Below, one piece after another: positions 13,442 through 24,829 of a stretch of 64,000 nt of DNA. The position numbers and the translations under genes are program-made. Origin of the DNA: Squalus acanthias (lineage: Eukaryota); assembly GCA_030390025.1 (NCBI GenBank), contig CM059431.1, positions 155,932,001 through 155,996,000 of the forward strand, written 5' to 3'. Below the pieces are notes generated by a model. That model was not told the origin of the DNA. It was given only the letters and a program-made list of their open reading frames with translations, and made no database searches. Numbering within the stretch: position 1 is the stretch's first letter; each line of letters starts with the position of its first letter.

Positions 13442-13864
13442 GGTGGTGCCTCCTGTGTCACTACTAACGCAACTACCATGCTTTACGGATCTAACAGGAA
13501 CTGTTCCATCAACACACATGTTTTATTCAATATCAAAACCTATGCTCAAATGAAACTGACAGTAAATGAGATACTTAAGTATGAGCTGCACAATTATGTC
13601 TCACAATTCTGATACGACATTCCCCTGTTGTCTAATGGTTTCAGTCAGCTCGTGATGTGACTGAATTCCTCCCTAAAGCATTTTTATGCTTTGGAGCAAG
13701 ACAACTCGAGAATAGATATTGAAATTGGCAGCATAATGGATGACGCACACTGGTTGGATATTGGGCTTGATATATCAGCACACTCTTAGGTTTGGGTTAT
13801 TTCACATGCTCTGGTAGTTCTCCAATTTGTAATGATAGTGTATTTGATATATATATATTTTTAA
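13442..13864 (+). pseudogene. Decayed envelope/fusion-glycoprotein-like C-terminus inside the LTR element
   Basis: One frame reads GGASCVTTNATTMLYGSNRNCSINTHVLFNIKTYAQMKLTVNEILKYELHNYVSQF*YDIPLLSNGFSQLVM*LNSSLKHFYALEQDNSRIDIEIGSIMDDAHWLDIGLDISAHS*VWVISHALVVLQFVMIVYLIYIYF*. It shows a Cys pair, 3 N-glycosylation sequons, an amphipathic helix, a Trp segment and a hydrophobic TM-like run, at the env position upstream of the 3' LTR. Confidence 0.45.
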
Positions 13865-14429
13865 TCTATGTAGTAAGACTTTGATACAAATGCCAATTGT
13901 ATACTCATGCCGATGACTAACCAGCACCAACAAATTAATTGAGCACATCGAAATAGAAGCTCCGAAGTAACGTAGAGGATACCCCAGGTGGGGTAACATC
14001 AGGAAAGAAAGAAGAAACAGAGGAGACCCCAGGCGGGGCAGAACTGGAACACCAGAACAGTGAATTGAAATTAAGTAAGGGGTCAGATCGGGGCCGTTAC
14101 CGCCAGATCAAAGATGCAGCAATAATAGCAGCATGCGGAGGAGAAATGATAGACTGGGAAGCACTAGAAGGCAAGACATATCAGCACTGCCGACATGATG
14201 GTTGAGCAGATCCCGGAGTGTCCCTCAGCAATGAGAATAGGCGGTCGGCCACTGTGAGTGTCATTGTTAGCAGCCAGGCCTATAATAAAAAGGGGGATAC
14301 AACCTCCTTTGAGAGGCGCTCCGTTCCCCTCAATTAGAGGACTCCAATTTGCAGCAACTCTTGTCAGAGAAGAGATTGAGGTAGTCGAAGAATCAATGTT
14401 TAAAGCATTTCATCCTCGAGGTTTGGACT

Positions 14430-15276
14430 TGAACGAAAGGCTGATATTTAAAGATATTTAGTAGACGTGAATCATATACATATAAATTCAAGTGTAGCCA
14501 TTGACCAAATGATATTACCCATAATTACTACTGGCTAACTACTAAGCAAAGACTTGTTCAAAATGCAGCTGCGAAGGACAGTCAAAAGCAGTTTTGACTA
14601 ATTTTTGATAACAAACAGCCACAGACTGCGAGTGAAGGTTAAATTACTACCAAAAAAATGATGATGCTAAGTAGAAATTAGAATTCGCTTACCAAAACTA
14701 ATTGCAACGATATTCAAAAAATAATTAGTATAAGGACATAAAATGAGAGAGATCGTGGAGATATGGTATTTATCTGGTAGATTAAAGTGAGGTAGTTTGG
14801 ATACGTCAAGACTAGTGAAACAGCGCTGATATGGGCCCTTGGTATGAAGGCCTTGTACCAGAGAAGCTAGAAATGAAAGAGATAAAGTAAATTCCAATGG
14901 GGTGGAAACTATAAACAGGATAATACTGAACATGTCAAAGTTAATGGAAAAATACTGGAAAGGTGGGATGCTAACTTAGTCTGAGTGACAATGGTATTTT
15001 GACCATGAGAACCAATTATAAAAGGTGATTTTTAAAAACCATATATGGACACTGAACAAACCAACTGTTGAAAAGAAAAGGGTTAAAACCTCGACATACA
15101 AAGAACAACTTTACACAGACATACTGCGAGAACAAAGGAACAAACTTAAGACGACGTCAACTGTGTCCGAGAGGTTCCAGAGACCGAGGGCTGTGAGATA
15201 CTCGTTAAAACTATTGCCTAATCTTAAGTATATTACGCTGTATGCTTAATACATTTTGATCTATTGCTCAAACATA
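14430..15276 (+). repeat. 3' LTR, main part
   Basis: TGAACGAAAGGCTGAT..GATCTATTGCTCAAACATA, matching 9716 to ~10565; cut by a CR1 tail. Confidence 0.85.
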
Positions 15277-17113
15277 CATAGAAACATAGAAGATAGGAGC
15301 AGGAGTAGGCCATTCGGCCCCTCGAGCCTGCTCCGCCATTCGACGAGATCATTGCTGATCATCCAAACTCAGTACCCTGTACCTGCCTTCTCACCATATC
15401 CCTTGATCCCTTTAGCTTTAAGACATATATCTAACTCATTCTTGAATATATTTAATGATTTGGCCTCAACGACCTTCTGCGGTAGAGAATTCCACAGGTT
15501 CAACAATCTCTGGGTGAATAAATTCTTCCTCATTTCTGTCCTAAATGGCTATCCCTTATCCTTAGATTATGAGCCCTGGTTCTGAACTCTCCGACCATCG
15601 GGAACATTCTTCCTGCATCTAGTTTGTCCAGACCTGTCAGAATTTTATATGTTTCGATGAGATCCCCTCATATTCTTCTATATTCCAGCGAGTATAAGCC
15701 TAATCGACCCAATCCCTCCTCATATGTCATTCCTGCCATCCCAGGTATCAGCCTTGTGAATCTTCGCTGAACTACTTCCATGGCAAGAACATCCTTCCTC
15801 AGATAAAGCGACCAAAACTGCACACAATACTAAAGGTGTGTTCTCACCAAGGCCCTGTACAACTGCAGCAGGACATCCCTATTCCTATACTCAAACCCTT
15901 TCGCTATGAAGATCAACATGCCATTTGCCTTCTTCACCGCCTGCTGCACCTGCATGCTTACCTTCAGCGACTGGTGCACAAGGACACCCAGGTCTCGTTG
16001 CACTTCCCCTTCTCCCAATTATTTGCCATTCAAATAATAGTCTGCCTTTCTGTTTTTGACACCATAGTGGATAACGTCGCATTCATCCAAGTTATACAGC
16101 ATCTGCCGCGCTTCAACCCACTCACCCAACCTATCCAAATCATCCTGGAATTTCTCAGTATCCTCCTCGCAGCACACATGCCAACCACGCTTTGTGTCAT
16201 CTGCAAACTTGGAGATATTACATTTAGTTCCCTTATCTAGATCATTAATGTATATTGTGAATAGCTGGGGTCCAAGGACCGAACCCTGCGGTTCCCCACT
16301 AGGCACTGCCTGCCACTCGGAAAAATACCTATTAATTCCTCCTCTCTGCTTTCTGTCTGCCAACCAGTTCTCTATCCAAGTCAATACCTTGCCCCCAATC
16401 CCATGTGCCTTAACTTTACCCGCTAATGTCTTATGCGGGACTTTATCGAAAGCCTTTGAAATTCCAAATACACCACATCAACTGCTTCTCCCTTATCTAT
16501 TTTACCAGTTACATCCTTAGAAAATTCCAGTAGATTTGTCAAGCACGATTTATCTTTTGTAAATCCATGTTGACTTTGTCCGAACCTATCACTGTTTTAC
16601 AAGTGCTCATCTATTGCATCCTTTATAGTGGACTGTAGCATTTTCCCCATTACCTATGTCAGGCTTACCGGTTTGTAATTCCCCGCTTTCTCTCTACCAC
16701 CCTTTTTCAATAGTGGGGTAACATTAGCTACCCTCCAATCCATGGGTACAGTTCCAGATTGCAACGAATGTGGGAAGATGATCAGCAATGCATCTACTAT
16801 TTCTAGGGCCATTTCCTTAAATACTCTAGGATGTAGATTATCAGGCCCTGGGGATTTATCGGCCTTCAATCCCGTCAATTTCCCTAACACCATCTCCCTG
16901 CAAATACTGATTTATTTCAGTTCCTCCCTTTCATCAGACCATATGTTCCCCAACATCTCTGGGAGGTTATTTGTGTCCTCCTTTGTGAGGACAGAACCAA
17001 AATATGCATTTAATTGTTCTGCCATTTCTTTGTTCCCCATTATAACTTCCCCTGCTTCTGACTACAGTTCATTTCACTAATCTTTTTCTCTTCCCATATC
17101 TATAAAAGCTCTT
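15277..17113 (-). mobile_element. CR1 copy D, 5'-truncated (~1.8 kb)
   Basis: Tail CATAGAAACATAGAAG. RT motifs GEPQGSVLGPQLFTIYINDL, ISKFADDTK and KSPGPDNLHPRV. Confidence 0.9.
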
Positions 17114-19884
17114 AAACATAGAAACATAGAAGATGGTAGCAGGAGTAGGCCATTCGGCCCCTCGAGCCTGCTCCGCCATTCGATGAGATCATGGCTGATC
17201 ATCCAAACTCAGTGCCCTGTACCTGCCTTCTCCCCATATCCCTTGATACCTTTAGCTTTAAGAAATATATCGAACTCATTTTTGAATATATTTAATGACT
17301 TGGCCTCAACTACTTTATGAGGTAGTGAAATCCACAGGTTCACCACTCTCTGGGTGCAGAAATTCTTCTTCATTTCTGTCCTAAATGGCTTACCCCTTAT
17401 CCTTAGATTATGACCACTGGTTCTGGACTCTCCGACCACCGGGAGAATTCTTCCTGCATCCAATTTGTCCAAACCTGTCAGGATTTTATATGTTTCGATG
17501 AGATCCCCTCTCATTCTTCTATATTCCAGCGAGTATAAGCCTAATCGGCCCAATCTCTCCTCATATGTGATTCCTGCCATCCCAGGTATCAGCCTTGTGA
17601 ATCTTCGCTGAACTCCTTCCATGGCAAGAACATCCTTCCTCTGAAAATACGACCAAAACTGCACACAGTACTCAAGGTGTGGTCTCACCAAGGCGCTGTA
17701 CAACTGCAGCAGGACATCCCTGTTCCTATTCTCAAAACCTTTCGCTATGAAGACCAACATACCATTTCCCTTCTTCACCGCCTGCTGTACCTGCATGCTT
17801 AACTTCAGCGACTGCTGCACAAGGACACCCAGGTCTCGTTGTACTTCCCCTTCTCCCAATCTATTGCCATTCAGATAATAGTCTGCCTTTCTGTTTTTGA
17901 CACCAAAGTGGATAACCACGCATTTATCCACGTTATATTGCATCTGCCACGCTTCTGCCCACTCACCCAACCTGTCCAAATCATCCTGGAATTTCTCGGT
18001 GTCCTCCTCGCAGCACACACTCCAACCCCGCTTTGTGTCAACTGCAAACTTGGAGATGTTAAATTTATTTCCCTTATCTAGATCATTAATGTATATTGTG
18101 AATAGCTGGGGTCCAAGGACCGATCCCTACGGTACCCCACTAGTCACTTCATGCCACTCGGAAAAAGACCAATTAATTCCTACTCTCTGCTTTCTGTCCG
18201 CCAAACAAGTTCTCTATCCAAGTCAATACCTTGCCCCCAATCCCATGAGCCTAACATTACACGCTAATCTCTTATGTGGGACCTTATCGAAAGCCTTTTG
18301 AAAGTCCAAATACACCACATCTACTGCTTCTTCCTTACATATTTTCCCAGTTCCATCCTCAAAAATTCCAGTAGATTAGTCAAGCACGATTTAACTTTTG
18401 TAAATAAATGTTGACTTTGTCCGATCCTGTCACTGTTTTTCAAGTGCTCAGCTATTACATCCTTTATAATGGACTCTAGCATTTTCCCCACTACCGATAT
18501 CAGGTCTGTAATTCGGCGCTTTCTCTCTACCACCCTTTTTGACTAATGGGGTAACATTAGCAACCCTCCAATCCATGGAACCAGTTCCAGATTCCATCGA
18601 ATGTTGGAAGATGATCAGCAATGCATCTACTTTTCTAGGGCTACTTCCTTAAGTACCCTAGGATGTAGATTATCAGGCCTTGGGGATTTATCGGCCTTCG
18701 ATCCTGTCAATTTCCCTAACACCATTTCCCTGCTAATACTGAGTTATTTCAGTTCCTCCCTTTCATCAGATACGTATGTTCTCCAACATCTCTGGGAGGT
18801 TATTTGTGTCCTCCTTTGTGAAGACAGAACGAAAATATGCATTTCATTGGTCTGACATTTCTTTGTTCCCCATTATAACTTCCCCCGCTTCTGACTGCAA
18901 GGGACCTACACTTGATTTCACTAATCATTTTTCTCTTCACATGTCTATAAAAGGTCTTACAGTCAGTTTTTATATTCCCAGCAAGCTTACTTTCATATTC
19001 TATTTTCCCCTTCTTAATTAATCTCTAGTCCTCCTTTGTTGAATCCTAAACTGCTCCCAATCCTCAGCGTTACCGATTTTTCTGGCCAACTTATATGCCC
19101 TCTCCTTGGATCTTATGCTATCCCTAATTTCGCTTGTTTGCCCCGGTTGTGTCACCCTTTTTGTTTTATTCTTATGCCACACTGGAATGAAGAAATTCTG
19201 TAGTTCATCTATGCAGTCTTTGAATGTTTGCCATTGCCTATCCACCGTCAACCCTTTGAGTGGCATACCCCAATCAATCCTACCCAATTCGCGCCGCATA
19301 CCATCGCAGTTTTCTTTATTTAAATTCAGGACCCTAGTCTATGATTCAACTACTTCACTCTCCATATTATTGAAGAATTCTATCATATTATGATCACTCT
19401 GACCTAAGGGGCCTCGTACAATAAGATTGCTAATTAATCCTTTCTCGTCACATAATACCCAGTCTAAGATGGCCTGATCTCTGGTTGGTTCCTCGACATA
19501 TTGTTCCAGAAAACCATCCCGTAAACATTCTAGGAATTCCTCCTCCACAGAATTTTTCTAATTTGTTTAGCCCAATCTATATGTGAATTAAAGTATCCCA
19601 TGATGACTGCTGTGCCCTTACTGCATGCTTCTCTAATTTCACTTTTAATGCCGTCCTCAACCACCGTATTAATATTTTTGAATGTCCATATACCACTCCC
19701 ACTAAAGTTTTCTGCCCCTTGATATTTCTCAGTCCACCCATATAGATTCCACATCATCAGAGACAATATCCTTCCTTTCAATTGTGTTAATCCCCTCTTT
19801 AACCAGCAATGCTTCCCCACCTCCCTTTCTTTTTTCCTAACTTTCCTAAATATTGAATAACCCTGGATGGTGAGTTCCCAGCCT
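17114..19884 (-). mobile_element. CR1 copy E, 5'-truncated (~2.8 kb), same family as D and F
   Basis: New tail AAACATAGAAACATAGAAG at ~17115. A 269-aa open C-terminal ORF2 fragment lies at 17209-18018, and the copy extends into the endonuclease (ILDWVL..SDHNMIEF). Confidence 0.9.
17209..18018 (-). pseudogene. CR1 ORF2 C-terminal fragment (longest open piece, 269 aa)
   Basis: WQMQYNVDKCVVIHFG..LYSALVRPHLEYCVQFWS..QRRFTRLIPG..FCTQRVVNLW. Upstream parts of this copy are frameshifted. Confidence 0.85.
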
Positions 19885-19982
19885 TAGAATCATAGAATCA
19901 TATAAGATAGGAGCAGGAGTAGGACTATGGGCCCCTCTAGCCTGCTCTGCCATTGAATGTGATCATGGCTGATCATCCAAAT

Positions 19983-22790
19983 TCAGTACCCTGTGCTTGC
20001 TTTCTCCCCATATCCCTTGATCCCTTTAGCCTTAAGAAATATATCCAACTCCTTCTTGAATCTATTTAATGAATTGGCCTCTACTGCCTTCTGTGGCAGA
20101 GAATTCCACAGGTTCACCACTCTCTGGGTGAAGAAATTCCTCCTCATTTCTGTCCTAAATGGCTTACCCCTTATCCTTAGACTGTGACCCCTGGTTCTGG
20201 ACTCCCCGTCCATTGGAAACATCCTTCCTGCATCTAGTTTGTCCTATCCTGTCAGAATTGTATAAGTTTCAGTGAGATACCCTCTCATTCTTCTAAACTC
20301 CAGCGAGTATAAGCCCAATCGACCCAATCTCTCTTCATACGTCATTCCTGCCATCCCAGGTTTCAGCCTTGTGAATCTTCGCTGAACTCCTTCCTTGGCA
20401 AGAACATCCGTCCTCAGATAAGGCGATCAAAACTCCACACAGTACTCAAGGTGTGGTCTCACCCAAGGCCCTGTACAACTGCAGCAAGACATCCTTGTTC
20501 CTGTCCTCAAACCTTTACGCTATGAAGGCCAACATACCATTTGCCTTATTAACCGCCTGCTGCAACTGCATGCTTACCTTCAGCAACTGGTGCACAAGGA
20601 CACCCAGGTCTCGTTGCACTTCCCCTTCTCCCAATCTATTCGCTTTCAGATAATAAGCTGCCTTTCTGTTATTGACGCCAAAGTGGATAACCTCGCATTC
20701 ATCCACGTTATATTGCATCTGCCACGCTTCTGCGAAATCACCCAACCTGTCCAAATCATCCTGGAGTTTCTCGGCATTCTCCTCGCTGCGCACACGCTCA
20801 CCCAGTTTTGTGTCGTCTGCTAACTTGGAGTGATTACTTATAGTTCCCTTGTCTAGTTCATTAATATATATTGTGAATAGCTGGGGTCCAAGGACCGATC
20901 CCTGCGGTACCCCACTAGTCACTGCCTGCCACTCGGAAAAGGACCCTTTTATTGCAACTCTTTGCTTTCTGTCTGACAACCCGTTCTCTATCCAAGTCAA
21001 TACCTAGCCCCCAATCCCATGTGCCTTATCTTTACACGCTGATCTCTTATGCGGGACCTTATCAAAAGCCTTTTGTAAGTCCAAATACACCACATCCACT
21101 GGTTCTCCCTTATCTAGTTTACCAGTTACATCCTCAAAAAATTCCAGTAGATTAGTCAAGCATGATTTACCTTTAGTAAATCCATGTCGACTTTGTCAGA
21201 TCCTGTCACTGTTTTTCAAGTGCTCAGCTATTACATCTTTTATAGTGGACTGTAGCATTTTCCCCATTACCTATGTCAGGCTTACCGGTCTGTAATTCCC
21301 CGCTTTCTCTCTACCACCCTTTTTCAATAGTGGGGTAACATTAGCTACCCTCCAATCCATGGGTACAGTTCCAGATTGCAATGAATGTGGGAAGATGATC
21401 AGCAATGCATCTACTATTTCTAGGGCCATTTCCTTAAATACTCTAGGATGTAGAGTATCAGGCCCTGGGGATTTATCGGCCTTCAATCCCTTCAATTTCC
21501 GTAACACCATTTCCCTACAAATACTGATTTCTTTCAGTTCCTCCCTTTCATCAGACCCGATGTTCTCCAAAATCTCTGGGAGGTTATCTGTGTCCTCCTT
21601 TGTGAAGACAGAACCAAAAGATGTATTTAATTGGTCTGCCATTTCTTTTTCCCCATTATAAGTTCCCCTGATTCTAACTGCAAGGGACTTATGCTTGATT
21701 TCACTAATCTTTTGCTCTTCACATATCTATAAAAGCATTTACAGCCAGTTTTTATGTTCCCTGCAAGCTTACTCTCGTATTCTATTTTTCCCCTTCTTAA
21801 TTTATCCCTTTGTCCTCCTTTGTTGAATCTAAAACTGCTCCCAATCCACAGGGTTACTGCTTTTTCTGGCCAATTTATATGCCCTCCCCTTGGATCTTAT
21901 GCTATCCCTAATTTCCCTTTTTAGCCATGGTTGATTCACCCTTTTTGTTTTATTCTTATGCCAAACTGGGATGAACAAATTCTGTAGTTCGTCCATGCGG
22001 TCTTCGAATGTTTGCCATTGCCTATCCACCGTCAACCCTTTGAGCGACATTCCCCAATGAATCCTACCCAACTCGCACCTCATACCATCGTAGTTTCCTT
22101 TATTTAAATTCAGAACCCAAGTCTCTGAGTCAACTACTTCACTCTCCATCCTTATGAAGAATTCTATCATATTATGATCGCTCCGACCCAAGGGGCCTCG
22201 TACAACAAGATTGCTAATTAATCCTTTCTCATTGCATAATACCCAGTCTAAGATGGCCTGATCTCTGGTTGGTTCCTCGACATGTTGGTCCAGGAAACCA
22301 TGCCGTACACAATCCAGGAATTCCTCCTCCATAGTACTGTTACTAATTTGGTTAGCCCAATCTCTATGTACATTAAAGTGACCCATGATGACTGCTTCTG
22401 CCCTTATTGCACGCTTCTCTAATTTCCCTTTTAATGCCATCCCCAAACTCCGCATTACTGTTTGGAGGTCTATATATCACTCCCACTAACGTTTTCTGCC
22501 CCTTGTTATTTCTCAGTTCAACCCATACAGATTCCGCATCATCAGAGCTAATATCCTTCCTTTCAATTGTGTTAATCCCCTCTTTAACCAGCAATGCTAC
22601 CCCAACTCCCTTTACTTTTTGCCTATCTTTCTTGAATATTGAGTACCCCTGGATATTAAGTTCCCAGCCTTGGCCACCCTGGAGCCATATCCGGTAATCC
22701 CAATCAAATCATATACTTTTACCTCTATTTGCGCAGCCACTTCGTCGACCTTGTTCTGAATGCTCCTTGCATTAAGACACAAAGCCTTCA
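19983..22790 (-). pseudogene. CR1 ORF2 (endonuclease plus RT) of copy F, disrupted
   Basis: Ordered fragments 22373-22594, 21829-22455, 21271-21642, 20515-21000 and 19983-20222 in shifting frames. The start is approximate. Confidence 0.85.
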
Positions 22791-22966
22791 GGCTTGTTTT
22801 TTAACGCTCTTGGACCTATTAGAATCAGTATTTACTGTGGCCATGTTTGATGTAAAACGTTGTTTTCTCTGACTTTAACATTTGTTTTTCTCCTACCTAT
22901 CTTTTGCTTTTATCCTTGTTTCCCTTTCCTCTGTCTCCCTGCTCAGGTTCCCAACCCCCTGCCATT

Positions 22967-23918
22967 TTATTTTAAACCCTCCCCCAGAGCACTAGCAAAC
23001 ACTCCATCTAAGAGATCGGTCTCGGCCCTGCCCAGGTTTAGACCGTCCGGTTTGTACTGGTCCCACCTCCCCCAGAACCGGTTCCAATGCCCCAGGAATT
23101 TGAATCCCTCTCCCTTGTACCATTCCTCTAGCCACGTATTCTTTTGAAATATACTTCTATTTCTCCTCTGACTAGCACGTAGCACTGGTAGCAATCCTGA
23201 GATTACCACCTTTGAGGTCCTATTTTTTAATTTACCTCCGAACTCGATATATTCTGCTTTTAGGACATCATCCCGTTTTTTTACCTAGATCGTTGGTACC
23301 TATATGCACCACGACAACTGGCTGTTCACCCTCCCCTTCCAAAATGCTCTGTAGCCGCTCTGAGATATCCTTGACCCTTGCACCAGGGAGGCAACATACC
23401 ATCCTGGAGTCTCGTTTGCGGCCGCAGAAATGCCTATCTATTCCCCTTACAATAGAATCCCCTATCACGACAGCTCTCCCACTCTTTTTCCTCCCATCCT
23501 GTGCAGCAGAACCACCTATGGTGCTAGGAAGTTGGCTGCTGCTGTCTTCCCCTGATAATCCATCTCCCTCAACAATATCCAAAGCGGTATATCTGTTTGA
23601 GAGGGGGATGGCCACAGGGGACCCCTGCACTACCTGCCTGCGCCTATTTCTCTGCCTGGTGGTCACCCATTCCCTTCCTGCCTGTACACCCTTTAACTGC
23701 GTTGTGACCAACTCCCTAAACGTGCTTATCACGATGTCCTCAGCATCGCGAATGCTCCAGCATGCATCCATCCGCAGCTCCAGCGCCGCAATGCGCTCTA
23801 TCAGTAGCTGCAGCTGGATACACTTCCCACACACATGGTCGTCAGGGACACAGGAACCGTCCCTCATTTCCCACATATAGCAGGAGGAGCATATTACGGG
23901 GCGGAGCTCTCCTGCCAT
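22967..23918 (-). pseudogene. CR1 ORF1 of copy F (CxxC..CxxC, leucine zipper, SGNH esterase), interrupted near 23270
   Basis: MAGELRPVICSSCYMWE..CGKCIQLQLLIERIAALELRM..AVVIGDSIVRG..CLPGARV..HIGTND (216 aa), continued by VISGLLP..DGLNL (80 aa). Confidence 0.9.
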
Positions 23919-24006
23919 GACTCACCCTTTAATTAATTAATTAAAATTAAATTAAATGAATCCCAGCAATTTCACTTCAATTAAATGATATACTCAAGGG
24001 CCCTTT

Positions 24007-24380
24007 CCCGACACTGGCCTCTGTAAAAAGTCCACGAATGTGAGTTTAATTACTCACTGTGCTGCTGCTCTCTCCGCTCCCGACACTGGCCTCTGTAAAA
24101 AAGCCAGCGAAAGTGCGTTTAAATACTCACTGTGCTGCTGCTCTCTCCGCTCCCGACACTGGCCTCTGTAAAAAAAGCCCGCGAAAGTGAGTTTAAATAC
24201 TCACTGTTCTGCTGCTCTCTCCGCTCCCGACACTGGCCCGTATAAAAAAGCCCAAAAAATGAGTTTAACTACTCACTGTGCTGCTGCTCTCTCCGCTCCC
24301 GACACTGGCCTCTGGAAAAAAGCCCACGAAATGGAGTTTAACTACTCACTGTGCTGCTGCTATCTCCACTCCCGACACTG
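24007..24380 (-). repeat. Five tandem 72-74-bp monomers plus a partial one at the CR1 5' end
   Basis: CCCGACACTG recurs at 24007, 24079, 24152, 24226, 24298 and 24371. Confidence 0.95.
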
Positions 24381-24434
24381 ACTATTGCATTTTGGTGTCT
24401 TGTCCAAGAACTCAGAAATCTTTAAGATCTTACA
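24377..24434 (+). repeat. 3' LTR, terminal remnant
   Basis: ACTGACTATTGCATTTTGGTGTCTTGTCCAAGAACTCAGAAATCTTTAAGATCTTACA matches the 5' LTR end ACTGGCTGCTGTCTATTGGTGTCTTGTCCAAGAACTCAGAGATGATTAAATGTTACA. Confidence 0.85.
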
Positions 24435-24439
24435 ACACC

Positions 24440-24685
24440 ATCTACCCGCCTTGGTTCTGTAACCATTAATACCATTGCCTAGCTAAAATATCAACAACTC
24501 AGTTTAGAAATGTCCAATTCACTTAGCCTCAACACAATGTTTTCCGGATAGAGTTTAATATTTCCATTGGCTTTTGTGTGAAGAAGTGCTTTCTGACATC
24601 ACACCTGAACGGCGTAGCTTAAATTTTACGTTTCTGCCCGTTGTTCAGGACTCTCCCACCAGAGGAAATAGATTTTCTCTATTAC
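24440..24685 (-). mobile_element. Highly degenerate CR1 3'-end fragment
   Basis: TAGCCTCAAC..GATAGAG..TGTGTGAAGAAGTGCTTTCTGACATC..TGAACGG..GTTCAGGACTCTCCCACCAGAGGAAA parallels the 3' ends of copies D, E and F. Confidence 0.6.
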
Positions 24686-24829
24686 AACTAGTCTGTGCGA
24701 GTGTTTCTACTCCACACGACTCTCTTCCCATTGCATTTACCTTAATGCACCGTTTCAGAATATTTTTATTTCGGGTTCTCTCATGTACTCGGCCAGTTTC
24801 CTTTTGAAATCAAGAAAGTTATTTGCCAC

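Larger units (their letters stand above)
19885..24376 (-). mobile_element. CR1 copy F, full-length (~4.5 kb) including a tandem-repeat 5' UTR; decayed
   Basis: Tail TAGAATCATAGAATCATA, RT (GVPQGSVLGP, LADDTKL), endonuclease (VGVIYRPPN, SDH), ORF1 22967-23918 and 5' repeats to ~24376. Confidence 0.9.
9716..24434 (+). mobile_element. Old LTR retroelement (ERV-like, apparently non-autonomous); 3' LTR interrupted by a 9.1-kb CR1 chain
   Basis: Two ~0.9-kb direct repeats (9716-10621; 14430-15276 plus 24377-24434) with TG..CA ends. A PBS-like 18-mer follows the left repeat. The ~3.8-kb internal region has no long ORF. Confidence 0.8.

Noticed and set aside
17209..18018. Functional or domesticated reverse transcriptase
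   Set aside because: Only the C-terminal part is open. The catalytic region upstream is disrupted and the copy is 5'-truncated.
824..23880. Plus-strand ORFs of 100-222 aa (e.g. 824-1345, 6092-6634, 23212-23880)
   Set aside because: Antisense shadows of CR1 ORF1/ORF2, with no independent protein features.
9712..24438. Target-site duplication of the LTR element (AAAC versus ACAC) and a polypurine tract before 14430
   Set aside because: The TSD matches only 3 of 4 bases and the PPT region (CGAGGTTTGGACT) is not clearly purine-rich. Both are compatible with decay but are not usable as evidence.
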